35,311 bases of DNA. Origin: a virus. Lineage: Duplodnaviria; Caudoviricetes. The stretch's first letter is position 1. Each line of letters opens with the position of its first letter. Below are positions 9,326 to 16,457 of the stretch, piece by piece. A model generated the notes under the pieces. It did not search any database and was not told the origin of the DNA. It was given only the letters and a program-made list of their open reading frames with translations. The position numbers and the translations under genes were made by a program. The stretch lies in IMG/VR virus record IMGVR_UViG_3300021966_000008, positions 1 to 35,311 of that record; one strand, given 5' to 3'.

Positions 9326-9854
9326 CTAACTTTCTGATACGATCTTCCAATTCATCGTCATCCAAACCTTTCAAATATAAGTACATTGATGCCTCTGAAT
9401 CAAATGAATCAAAGTCCCTATGCAATTGTCCAGTACCTAATCCATAGATGCCAAAGCCGTCGGGGTCTTCATTAAACATGCCTTCAATTGCCTGATAACA
9501 AATATCCTTAACTTGAGTGGGGTATACATATCCATGACCGATTAATCCTAAATGACCTAAGAATAAATGGCACCAATAGTAAGCTCCAAAGTCATACGCC
9601 TTATCAATCATCTTAGCAGAGACTAATAGGACTTCAGCAAAACTAGCTTTTTCACTAATTGGGCTTCGACCATTATAGAAGTCTTTACGCATACGAATTA
9701 TCTTAAGATATAGTTGTAAATCACCATCTCTGTATGGGTAGAATGGAATCTCAAACAACTCAGTGAGACGTGAATATGTCTGGCTCTCTTTAGGGATTCC
9801 TCGTAACATCCAGTCAACATAGGTTCCCATGGCAGTTGTGTAATCTAACTTCAT
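9297..9854 (-). CDS. hypothetical protein, paralog family member 2
   Basis: PYRDGDL, ASFAEVLL, GAYYWCHLFLGHLGL, GIYG, SFDSE. Confidence 0.8.
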   Translation of the reverse strand: MKLDYTTAMGTYVDWMLRGIPKESQTYSRLTELFEIPFYPYRDGDLQLYLKIIRMRKDFYNGRSPISEKASFAEVLLVSAKMIDKAYDFGAYYWCHLFLGHLGLIGHGYVYPTQVKDICYQAIEGMFNEDPDGFGIYGLGTGQLHRDFDSFDSEASMYLYLKGLDDDELEDRIRKLGDINGSDIQ

Positions 9855-9856
9855 TA

Positions 9857-11098
9857 TTAGTCATCCTCCATTCCAGAGTATCCAATGTCGTCATCAATGC
9901 CATCATCTGGATCATTCCAATTAATATCATCGTCATCATAATCCATATAGCTCTTCTCATCAGCAATGTCTAACTGTGTCTTATTCACAAAGTAATCGTA
10001 TTCATCAAAGAATGAGTTTAGTTCATCAGGGGTGTCGTCATCTAAATCAAATCCAAACAACCCTTGAGTATTAGCATTAGTGTTGACATACTCTCCATCT
10101 GACAACTCAACCAACGTATTATCGATTGTAAAACTTTCACTGGCAGGCGATAAGTTGATGTTATCTAAGAATATGCTGACCCAGTAGTATACGCCTCTGT
10201 TTAAGTCATGATCTGATAATTGTGCAAAGAATAGTAGCACTTCAGCCCATGATATCTCTTCCAAATATGGACTACCTTCTCCAAAGAAGTCCTCACGTGC
10301 CTCTAAACAGCTGTCTATGACGTTATCATCCTCTTCTCGATGGGATATAAACTTACGATAGAAAAGGTCCTCTAACGTCATATATGTCCCACTGCTCATA
10401 GGAATATCCTCTAGTCTACTACGTTTGTAGCTACTCCACTTTGAATGTTCATCTTCATCATATCTCATAATTCCTTCTTGACCTATTTTCTGCATTTCCC
10501 AAACACCATCAATAGAGTTTGAGCCTTTGCTTCCCTTTCCATTGTCTTGTTGTGCTTCAATTGTTTCCGTACTAGTACGAAGAATATGATCCCTACTATG
10601 AACGACATAATCTGTACCTTCCTCTCCTACAATAAGTGATGTGTCACTAGAATTATAATTAGAACCGCTATCGCTATCTGGAGAATATGCTCTCCCATCT
10701 GCATTTCCTCGTGATCTATTTGTGCTCGTGTCTTCTTCTGGTCTTGTGTAGTTTCCTCGTTCATCGTATTCATCCTCATCTATATATTCTGATCCACTAT
10801 AATATAACTTAGGGTCGTCCCAATCAATATCCTCATGGTTGGCACGCATCTTATCAACCAAATCCCATTTAACAGCTGTCTTATCTACAATTTCTGGTTG
10901 ACTAGGCTTAGTGTCTGTGTTGCCTTTAAACTGCTTTTCTAATTCATCAAAGTGCTTTAATGCTGTTGTAATGTTTGATGCATTCTTTGATTCTTCAGGT
11001 TTCTTTACTGACTTTTTCTTCTTGTAAATGTAAAAAGCAGTAGCCATTGCGGCAGATGCAACAGCTACTGTTATTAATAGTTTGGTTTTAGTCTTCAT
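9857..11098 (-). CDS. membrane-anchored acidic protein with C-terminal paralog domain (member 1)
   Basis: N-terminal hydrophobic helix followed by KKKK, acidic linker, then SHREEDD, ISWAEVLL, GVYYWVSIFLDNINL, GLFG, SFFDE. Confidence 0.8.
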   Translation of the reverse strand: MKTKTKLLITVAVASAAMATAFYIYKKKKSVKKPEESKNASNITTALKHFDELEKQFKGNTDTKPSQPEIVDKTAVKWDLVDKMRANHEDIDWDDPKLYYSGSEYIDEDEYDERGNYTRPEEDTSTNRSRGNADGRAYSPDSDSGSNYNSSDTSLIVGEEGTDYVVHSRDHILRTSTETIEAQQDNGKGSKGSNSIDGVWEMQKIGQEGIMRYDEDEHSKWSSYKRSRLEDIPMSSGTYMTLEDLFYRKFISHREEDDNVIDSCLEAREDFFGEGSPYLEEISWAEVLLFFAQLSDHDLNRGVYYWVSIFLDNINLSPASESFTIDNTLVELSDGEYVNTNANTQGLFGFDLDDDTPDELNSFFDEYDYFVNKTQLDIADEKSYMDYDDDDINWNDPDDGIDDDIGYSGMEDD

Positions 11099-11116
11099 GG
11101 CACTAAATCTCCTTTT

Positions 11117-11449
11117 CTATTTATCTTTCATCTTATTCTTGTACTTCTCATGCAATGATATTGGACGCTCTTCGTTACGAATATGCATTAGTGTTAATAC
11201 TGCATAGTTAGCCAAGTCTAATAATGTGTCTTCAATTGATTCGTCTTTAACATTCTGTTGAGCTTTTATCAACTTCTTGAATCTATTAAGCTTATCTGAC
11301 ATACGTATTGCAGGTGCAACTAATCCAAACTCATCTATTGTCTTGTCAAACGAGTCACCATAGTCACTGTTCTTATCAATATATGTGTCTCGCATTTCAT
11401 CAAGGATCATCTTATTAATTGTTAATTTTGTTTCTTCGTCTTTAGTCAT
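11117..11449 (-). CDS. DUF1599-like (nucleotide-modification-associated) protein
   Basis: KNSDYGDSF...IRMSDKLNR...DESIEDTLLDLANYAVL; RBS AGGAG before ATG 11449. Confidence 0.75.
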   Translation of the reverse strand: MTKDEETKLTINKMILDEMRDTYIDKNSDYGDSFDKTIDEFGLVAPAIRMSDKLNRFKKLIKAQQNVKDESIEDTLLDLANYAVLTLMHIRNEERPISLHEKYKNKMKDK

Positions 11450-11456
11450 ATTGCTC

Positions 11457-12443
11457 CTATAGTCCAAATCCATTAGCTTGTGAATAGTCAACCATATCAT
11501 AAATAGGTGTTGGTTTTGTCCAGCTAACAAATTGTCTTGTGTGGAATTCTTGTGTTTCTTCATCTAATTCTGCAATAGCTCGTACTTCAAGAGTAATATC
11601 ATCAGTAGGACCCCAACCCATATATGAACCAGTTCTTGTACGTTCAAATCCAAGTTCGTCTCTTAAATCGTTTAGTAGAATATAACCATTACGGAATTGC
11701 TTATTAAGAATCTTGTCGTTTACAGTTTGTACAAATGTCTTGTTGTATGGTAGATCATCTGATGCAAATTCGGTACTTGAATCAAACCATTCACCAAATG
11801 GAGTTGGCTTATCACCACTAACTTTAACATCTAGCTTTTCACCATTCTTATCTTCACGTTCTTCATAAGTTAATTCGTCTTCAAACTTAGCTGTTTCTTC
11901 TTCACCATATTGTTCAACCATCTTTTCGTGACGTGTTGCCAATTCAGCAGTAGCTCCAGCCAAAGCAGTTGTCAAAGCTTGTGTACGTTTATAGAATCCT
12001 CTCATACCAAATCCAATGGCAGCAATTGAGGCAATACCTAGTGATACAGGAACAATAGTTGCACGAACTACATTGATTAAATACATTCTATCAAGTGTTT
12101 CAATCAACTCTTCATTATCCATAGGATGTTCTTCGTCTTCCATCTCTGCAACATATTGTGCACGTTCAGATTCATGGTCTTTTTTAAGAGCATCTAACTT
12201 TTCCTTAGTTCCAAATGCCAAATATGATGTAGCTACAAGTCCTGCAGCACCACCTGCAACTAACAAATATGGACTTGCTTTCTTTGTTTCAAATGCAGCT
12301 TTATGTGCAAGTCTCGAAGCCTTAACTCCAAATGTTACTTTCTTTTCGGAAGGAATTACTTCCTTGATTTCTCCTGTTATAGCTTTCATTACTTCGTCCC
12401 CTTTAGTTGTGTTATCTTTGAGTGCTTTCTTAAATAGTTTCAT
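11457..12443 (-). CDS. DUF6353-like membrane-associated phage protein
   Basis: SPYLLVAGGAAG hydrophobic segment, coiled coil, C-terminal GYILLNDLRDELG...G...GW. Confidence 0.6.
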   Translation of the reverse strand: MKLFKKALKDNTTKGDEVMKAITGEIKEVIPSEKKVTFGVKASRLAHKAAFETKKASPYLLVAGGAAGLVATSYLAFGTKEKLDALKKDHESERAQYVAEMEDEEHPMDNEELIETLDRMYLINVVRATIVPVSLGIASIAAIGFGMRGFYKRTQALTTALAGATAELATRHEKMVEQYGEEETAKFEDELTYEEREDKNGEKLDVKVSGDKPTPFGEWFDSSTEFASDDLPYNKTFVQTVNDKILNKQFRNGYILLNDLRDELGFERTRTGSYMGWGPTDDITLEVRAIAELDEETQEFHTRQFVSWTKPTPIYDMVDYSQANGFGL

Positions 12444-12513
12444 TACTATTCTCCTTTAAATGTGTTGTATAAAATCATGGTACTCTTTGGTTAATGGATC
12501 TGACAATATAGGT

Positions 12514-13185
12514 TTATCGAAACCATTCCACTTGTGGTAAGTCCAATGCATAACCGTTACGTTTCATAATAATACGTCCTGTTCTCAAGTCAGACCAACC
12601 ATACGTATTATCTGTGTAACTTGATTCAATACCTAATAAGTCATAAAAGTCTGCAATTGATGCTGAACCATATTCATTAATTTGTTCTTGCAAGGTTGCT
12701 AATACATCTTCAGCTTCTGCTCTGTCATCCAATAGAAACGTACTAGCATTGAAATGATTAGTTCTTTGCACTGGGCCATTGTCAACTGGTCCTCTTGAAT
12801 ATGATCTTTGATAGTTCGTTGATGGTCTGTATGATGAATGATAAGTATTACTTGAGCTTGATCGACCTCCATCATCCTTACCATAAATGAGCATACGTGT
12901 CCCACTTGTAATAGCGTTGACTAACATATCTTTAGCAGCCGGAAGAATAATTTCCTCAAGTAAATATCCTGTTACACCTGTTCCGTCAGTATCCTTACCA
13001 GTAATGCTTTGAACTAACTTAGCTCCAAATGATTTCTTTTCTCTCTTGACTTTTGTTACAATTGGTTTACTTCTTGCAACATGATCACCCCCTTTAATTG
13101 TTGGGTTCGGTTCAACCTTCTTAGTAGATTTATCTAAATTCTGCTTCTTTTGTTTTATATCATTATAACTAACTGTTTTACTCAT
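12514..13185 (-). CDS. conserved phage hypothetical protein
   Basis: IILPAAKD...YG.ASIADFYDLLG...DNTYGW; RBS AAAGGAGAG before ATG 13185. Confidence 0.75.
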   Translation of the reverse strand: MSKTVSYNDIKQKKQNLDKSTKKVEPNPTIKGGDHVARSKPIVTKVKREKKSFGAKLVQSITGKDTDGTGVTGYLLEEIILPAAKDMLVNAITSGTRMLIYGKDDGGRSSSSNTYHSSYRPSTNYQRSYSRGPVDNGPVQRTNHFNASTFLLDDRAEAEDVLATLQEQINEYGSASIADFYDLLGIESSYTDNTYGWSDLRTGRIIMKRNGYALDLPQVEWFR

Positions 13186-13216
13186 AATTCTCTCCTTTAA
13201 TTTTCCATAAAAAGAA
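13180..13216 (-). repeat. 37-bp terminator-tail/RBS/start repeat, copy A
   Basis: TTCTTTTTATGGAAAATTAAAGGAGAGAATTATGAGT; 2 mismatches to 14221-14257. Confidence 0.85.
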
Positions 13217-13237
13217 CAGGACTTAATAAGCCTGCTC
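13209..13237 (-). terminator. intrinsic terminator closing promoter copy 2 cassette
   Basis: GAGCAGG-CTTATTAAGT-CCTGTTC-TTTTT. Confidence 0.75.
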
Positions 13238-13247
13238 AATCGTCATC

Positions 13248-13484
13248 TTAGTTTCTGGGATTACGTTTCTTCAATTTTCCGTCCAACATATATGCTACTA
13301 GTACCCAATTGCCTCTAGGTCTATCTCCAATTAATTTGGATTTATAGATATCTAAATGCTTATTGTACCACCAAGCACAGTCGTCAACGAATGGATCAAA
13401 TATAATGTTATCTCGATTCTTAAATGCTGATTCAACACTGTCTGTTAAGTTTCCTGTTATCTTCTTGATTTCTGAGTATGTCAT
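13248..13484 (-). CDS. hypothetical protein
   Basis: ORF track; probable start MTYSEIKK after AAGGTG. Confidence 0.6.
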   Translation of the reverse strand: MTYSEIKKITGNLTDSVESAFKNRDNIIFDPFVDDCAWWYNKHLDIYKSKLIGDRPRGNWVLVAYMLDGKLKKRNPRN

Positions 13485-13494
13485 GTCCTTCACC

Positions 13495-13818
13495 TTATCT
13501 TCCAAATAGTCTTGTTGCTAATGTAAATGATTTGCTTGTAATAATGTCATCTCGTTCAAAGTTCAAGATTAGTAAGATGCTTGTCAAACTAATGATTGGT
13601 GACGTAATATCTTTCCAGTTGATCTTAACCTTCTTAGTCTCTCTCAAGTTTGATTCCTCTTGAGCTAAACTTATTAAAGTCTTAAGTTCATCGCAGATTT
13701 GATTACGTTCATCCAAGTCATTGGACTGCATCAACTCTTCTTTCTTTTTGTTGATTTCTATTTCAAGCGCATTATGTACTTTAACTAAATTTAATCCTTT
13801 AGATATAGTTTTATTCAT
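13495..13818 (-). CDS. small coiled-coil protein with hydrophobic C-terminal segment
   Basis: Directly after promoter copy 2 and its RBS; ILLILNFERDDIITSK. Confidence 0.75.
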   Translation of the reverse strand: MNKTISKGLNLVKVHNALEIEINKKKEELMQSNDLDERNQICDELKTLISLAQEESNLRETKKVKINWKDITSPIISLTSILLILNFERDDIITSKSFTLATRLFGR

Positions 13819-13861
13819 AATATACACCTTCCTCTCTACTATAGGGTATGTTTTTCTTGCG
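13816..13861 (-). promoter_or_regulatory. promoter-like motif copy 2 plus RBS and ATG (46-bp exact repeat with 14540-14585)
   Basis: CGCAAGAAAAACATACCCTATAGTAGAGAGGAAGGTGTATATTATG. Confidence 0.8.
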
Positions 13862-13863
13862 AA

Positions 13864-14226
13864 TTACATGAAGTCCACATTGATAATGTATGCGTCTCCG
13901 ACTTCCATAATTCCTGTAATATGAAAGACAACCTCGTCTCCAACCTTGTAAGGCAATTTATCGAAGTTTGTAATCATAATATTATCACCAATATAGTAAG
14001 CGTAGCCATACAATGGAACTTTCTTAATCTGTTGTACAACTGCCTTTACGGGTCGTTTAGGATTGCTATCTGGATGCGCCACAATCTCTACTCGAGCCTG
14101 ATCTATATCAATTGGTCTTGGTGAAGTAAATTGGACATAACTAATAAACCCAAGTAGTGAAAAGAATGAGATAAAACCGATAATACGTCCAGTAATGCTT
14201 ATACGTTTCTTTGTTTTTTCACTCAT
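13864..14226 (-). CDS. membrane-anchored hypothetical protein
   Basis: N-terminal TM segment IIGFISFFSLLGFISYV; strong RBS. Confidence 0.75.
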   Translation of the reverse strand: MSEKTKKRISITGRIIGFISFFSLLGFISYVQFTSPRPIDIDQARVEIVAHPDSNPKRPVKAVVQQIKKVPLYGYAYYIGDNIMITNFDKLPYKVGDEVVFHITGIMEVGDAYIINVDFM

Positions 14227-14257
14227 AATACTCTCCTTTAATTTTGCATAAAAAGAA
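14221..14257 (-). repeat. 37-bp terminator-tail/RBS/start repeat, copy B
   Basis: TTCTTTTTATGCAAAATTAAAGGAGAGTATTATGAGT. Confidence 0.85.
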
Positions 14258-14276
14258 GACGCAATTAATCTTCTTT
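14250..14276 (-). terminator. weak intrinsic terminator closing promoter copy 3 cassette
   Basis: AAAGAAGA-TTAATTGCG-TCTTCTTTTT. Confidence 0.55.
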
Positions 14277-14378
14277 ATCAAATAGATTATTAACGTCTTT
14301 TCCTTTGAATAGTGCTACTGCTATCACCACAGCTCCATAGATCTCGAGTCCACTTTGAAATAGTTTACCTTTAGTCAT
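14265..14378 (-). CDS. 37-aa small hydrophobic protein (not in ORF track)
   Basis: MTKGKLFQSGLEIYGAVVIAVALFKGKDVNNLFDKED; RBS GAGGT, TAATG coupling to upstream ORF. Confidence 0.65.
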   Translation of the reverse strand: MTKGKLFQSGLEIYGAVVIAVALFKGKDVNNLFDKED

Positions 14379-14542
14379 TATTTGTTACCTCGCTTTGTAT
14401 TAAGTTTGTCTATCAGTTTAGTTGCTTTTACTTGAATATCTCCGTAAGCAACTTCAGTAGCAACTCCTAAAGCTCCTGTAATAATAATTCGTGTTGATAA
14501 TACTATTAAGTTTCGTCCTAATTGTTTTCCTGTTGTGTGCAT
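14378..14542 (-). CDS. 54-aa small protein (not in ORF track)
   Basis: MHTTGKQLGRNLIVLSTRIIITGALGVATEVAYGDIQVKATKLIDKLNTKRGNK; starts at the ATG of the 46-bp repeat. Confidence 0.7.
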   Translation of the reverse strand: MHTTGKQLGRNLIVLSTRIIITGALGVATEVAYGDIQVKATKLIDKLNTKRGNK

Positions 14543-14585
14543 AATATACACCTTCCTCTCTACTATAGGGTATGTTTTTCTTGCG
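14540..14585 (-). promoter_or_regulatory. promoter-like motif copy 3 plus RBS and ATG
   Basis: Identical to 13816-13861. Confidence 0.8.
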
Positions 14586-14587
14586 GA

Positions 14588-14734
14588 TTAATAAGGCTTA
14601 CGATCACGATTAATCTCTTTAGACAATTGTCGTGCTGCAAAGCCTATGACAAATAGTTGACCACCAACATTGATGCATGCGTTTTGTAATCCTTTTAAGG
14701 ATTCATTGAATGATAACAATTCTGTGTTTTCCAT
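14588..14734 (-). CDS. 48-aa hypothetical protein (not in ORF track)
   Basis: MENTELLSFNESLKGLQNACINVGGQLFVIGFAARQLSKEINRDRKPY; RBS AAAGGAG, TAATG overlap. Confidence 0.65.
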   Translation of the reverse strand: MENTELLSFNESLKGLQNACINVGGQLFVIGFAARQLSKEINRDRKPY

Positions 14735-14985
14735 TATTTGGTTTCTCCTTTATCATAAAAATTAATCCAGTTAGTAATTGTCTCGCACATAAATCCTGAG
14801 AACCCATATACATCTTCATATAAGACAGAATAGTTAAAGGGCGTTAAATCCTTATACTTTCTTTTTAATACTGTATACATCTCATATGCCTTTGGACGTG
14901 TAACTTGATCCCCCTCAGGCCCAATGTTCTTGTCCCAGGCCAATCGTTTAAAGTCATTTAATAATTCTTCTGATGCTTGCTTCAT
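14734..14985 (-). CDS. hypothetical protein
   Basis: RBS AAGGAGG before ATG 14985 (MKQASEE); the longer ORF call overlaps the tRNA-like element. Confidence 0.7.
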   Translation of the reverse strand: MKQASEELLNDFKRLAWDKNIGPEGDQVTRPKAYEMYTVLKRKYKDLTPFNYSVLYEDVYGFSGFMCETITNWINFYDKGETK

Positions 14986-15022
14986 AATTCTGTTCCTCCT
15001 TAAATTGTAAAAAATATAGAGT

Positions 15023-15097
15023 GGACGACAGGTGGGCTCGAACCACCAACATTTCATTGCTTACAGTGAATGCTCTTCCAACTTGAGCTATGTCTTC
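15023..15097 (-). tRNA. tRNA-like RNA with atypical anticodon arm (loop contains CU-GUA-A; identity uncertain), no CCA at the canonical position
   Basis: GAAGACA TA GCTC AAGTTGGAA GAGC A TTCA CTGTAAGCAA TGAA ATGTT GGTGG TTCGAGC CCACC TGTCGTC C. Confidence 0.7.
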
Positions 15098-15131
15098 CTC
15101 TCTACTATAGGGTATGTTTTTCTTGCGGATT
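15094..15131 (-). promoter_or_regulatory. promoter-like motif copy 4
   Basis: AATCCGCAAGAAAAACATACCCTATAGTAGAGAGGAAG, running into the tRNA-like RNA. Confidence 0.8.
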
Positions 15132-15135
15132 TTGC

Positions 15136-15158
15136 AAAAAAATAGGGCACAATGGCCC
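15136..15158 (-). terminator. intrinsic terminator ending the structural operon
   Basis: GGGC-CATTGT-GCCC-TA-T7 just after the last tail-module gene. Confidence 0.7.
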
Positions 15159-15163
15159 CATCC

Positions 15164-15292
15164 TTATTTGCTATCAAGTTGCTTCTTTGCCTTATCAACC
15201 TGAGCTTGGGTTACATCACCATTATTGATAAAGATCTTCATATCACTATCTGAGAAATAGCCCATCATATATAATTGAATGTAATAGCTCAT
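15164..15292 (-). CDS. XkdX-like small protein (not in ORF track)
   Basis: MSYYIQLYMMGYFSDSDMKIFINNGDVTQAQVDKAKKQLDSK; RBS GGAGGT; typical position after tail fiber. Confidence 0.65.
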   Translation of the reverse strand: MSYYIQLYMMGYFSDSDMKIFINNGDVTQAQVDKAKKQLDSK

Positions 15293-15576
15293 TTACTATA
15301 TACCTCCGATTCAAGTTTAGCAATCTTTAGTAATGCATCGGCCAGTAACTTATTAGCGTCTAGTGGCTCTGGATGCTCTTCTTTAACAGGAGCTGGGTTA
15401 CTAATTACTCCTGAAATATAGGTTGACTCATTGAGACGAATCTTATCAATTGTATCTTCATCTAAATCAATGTATAAGAATTCATCTTCTTTGTCACCTA
15501 TTTTATGAGCTTTTTCATTAGCCCACCCTTGCTCAATTATAGTGCCTGACTTACTTGTCTTAATTTTTGTAAGCAT
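15289..15576 (-). CDS. tail fiber-associated hypothetical protein
   Basis: Position between RBP and XkdX-like gene; C-terminal coiled coil. Confidence 0.55.
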   Translation of the reverse strand: MLTKIKTSKSGTIIEQGWANEKAHKIGDKEDEFLYIDLDEDTIDKIRLNESTYISGVISNPAPVKEEHPEPLDANKLLADALLKIAKLESEVYSK

Positions 15577-15590
15577 TAGTCATCCTCCTA

Positions 15591-16445
15591 TTAATATGGA
15601 TCATTATCCCAGTCATCAACTGTTACCCAACTTCCAAACCAAGTTACCGACTGAGTAGACGAACTGGTAGTAGGGGCAATCATTGTAAAGGATGCTCTAT
15701 TACCACCGATGGCGCCCCAAACAGGTAATGCATAGTTAGGTGACAAACCAACAGCAAGAGCTTTCATGTCACGAGGTCTAAATCCGGTTGGAATAGTGAT
15801 ACCTGAATCCTTCCAACTGCCTAATCCTGAGGCGTTGATTGTTCCAAGCATCCATACCTTATTTCCAGCTCGATAGAAGAGCATTGAGCCACCTGGTTCA
15901 GCAATCTCAATATAGTTACCTTCTAATCGTTTCAAACGTCCATCAAACTCATTGTCACGGCTAGAAGGTGGATTATACAATGCATTATTTGGATACACGT
16001 TCATAATTGATGATGATAGCCATGAAATATTTGCAATTTGTAGTTGGTACATACTACCTGTGTTGTTAATATCCTCTTGATTAATACTTCCTGTTGCAAA
16101 TGTAAAGGACACCTGATTATTTACAGGCTTATAATTACCTGCATCATCAGATCCTGTAAAAGTGTTATCACGTGATAAATTAATTGTGATACAAAGGGTT
16201 GAATTGACATTTGCTGGAGGAGTTAATGTTACCATTTCGGTATTAACAACTAATCTACCTCTAACAATGACAGCTCCTGGCGCTACATTAAGCGTCTTAT
16301 TACCATTATTAGATATTCGTAACCCACCTGAGTAAGATCTGATAAGACCATCTTTTTCACCATTTAATCCATAGTAAAGTAGCCCATCACGTTCAGGGGA
16401 GACACGCATCTTATCAAATTGAAATCCTGTTAGTGTATTAGCCAT
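15591..16445 (-). CDS. baseplate / receptor-binding protein
   Basis: Last large tail gene; LNVAPGAVIVRGR N-terminus, YRAGNKV...TIPTGFRP head-like C-terminus. Confidence 0.65.
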   Translation of the reverse strand: MANTLTGFQFDKMRVSPERDGLLYYGLNGEKDGLIRSYSGGLRISNNGNKTLNVAPGAVIVRGRLVVNTEMVTLTPPANVNSTLCITINLSRDNTFTGSDDAGNYKPVNNQVSFTFATGSINQEDINNTGSMYQLQIANISWLSSSIMNVYPNNALYNPPSSRDNEFDGRLKRLEGNYIEIAEPGGSMLFYRAGNKVWMLGTINASGLGSWKDSGITIPTGFRPRDMKALAVGLSPNYALPVWGAIGGNRASFTMIAPTTSSSTQSVTWFGSWVTVDDWDNDPY

Positions 16446-16457
16446 GAATTGGCCTCC

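Noticed and set aside
14986-15057. N-terminal extension MKCWWFEP of ORF 14734-15057
   Set aside because: Overlaps the tRNA-like element; the strong RBS points to ATG 14985
13816-15131. Repeats as a CRISPR array
   Set aside because: Spacing is 550-720 bp, the intervals hold genes, and the repeats include RBS and ATG; the Cas4-like nuclease is a common stand-alone phage gene
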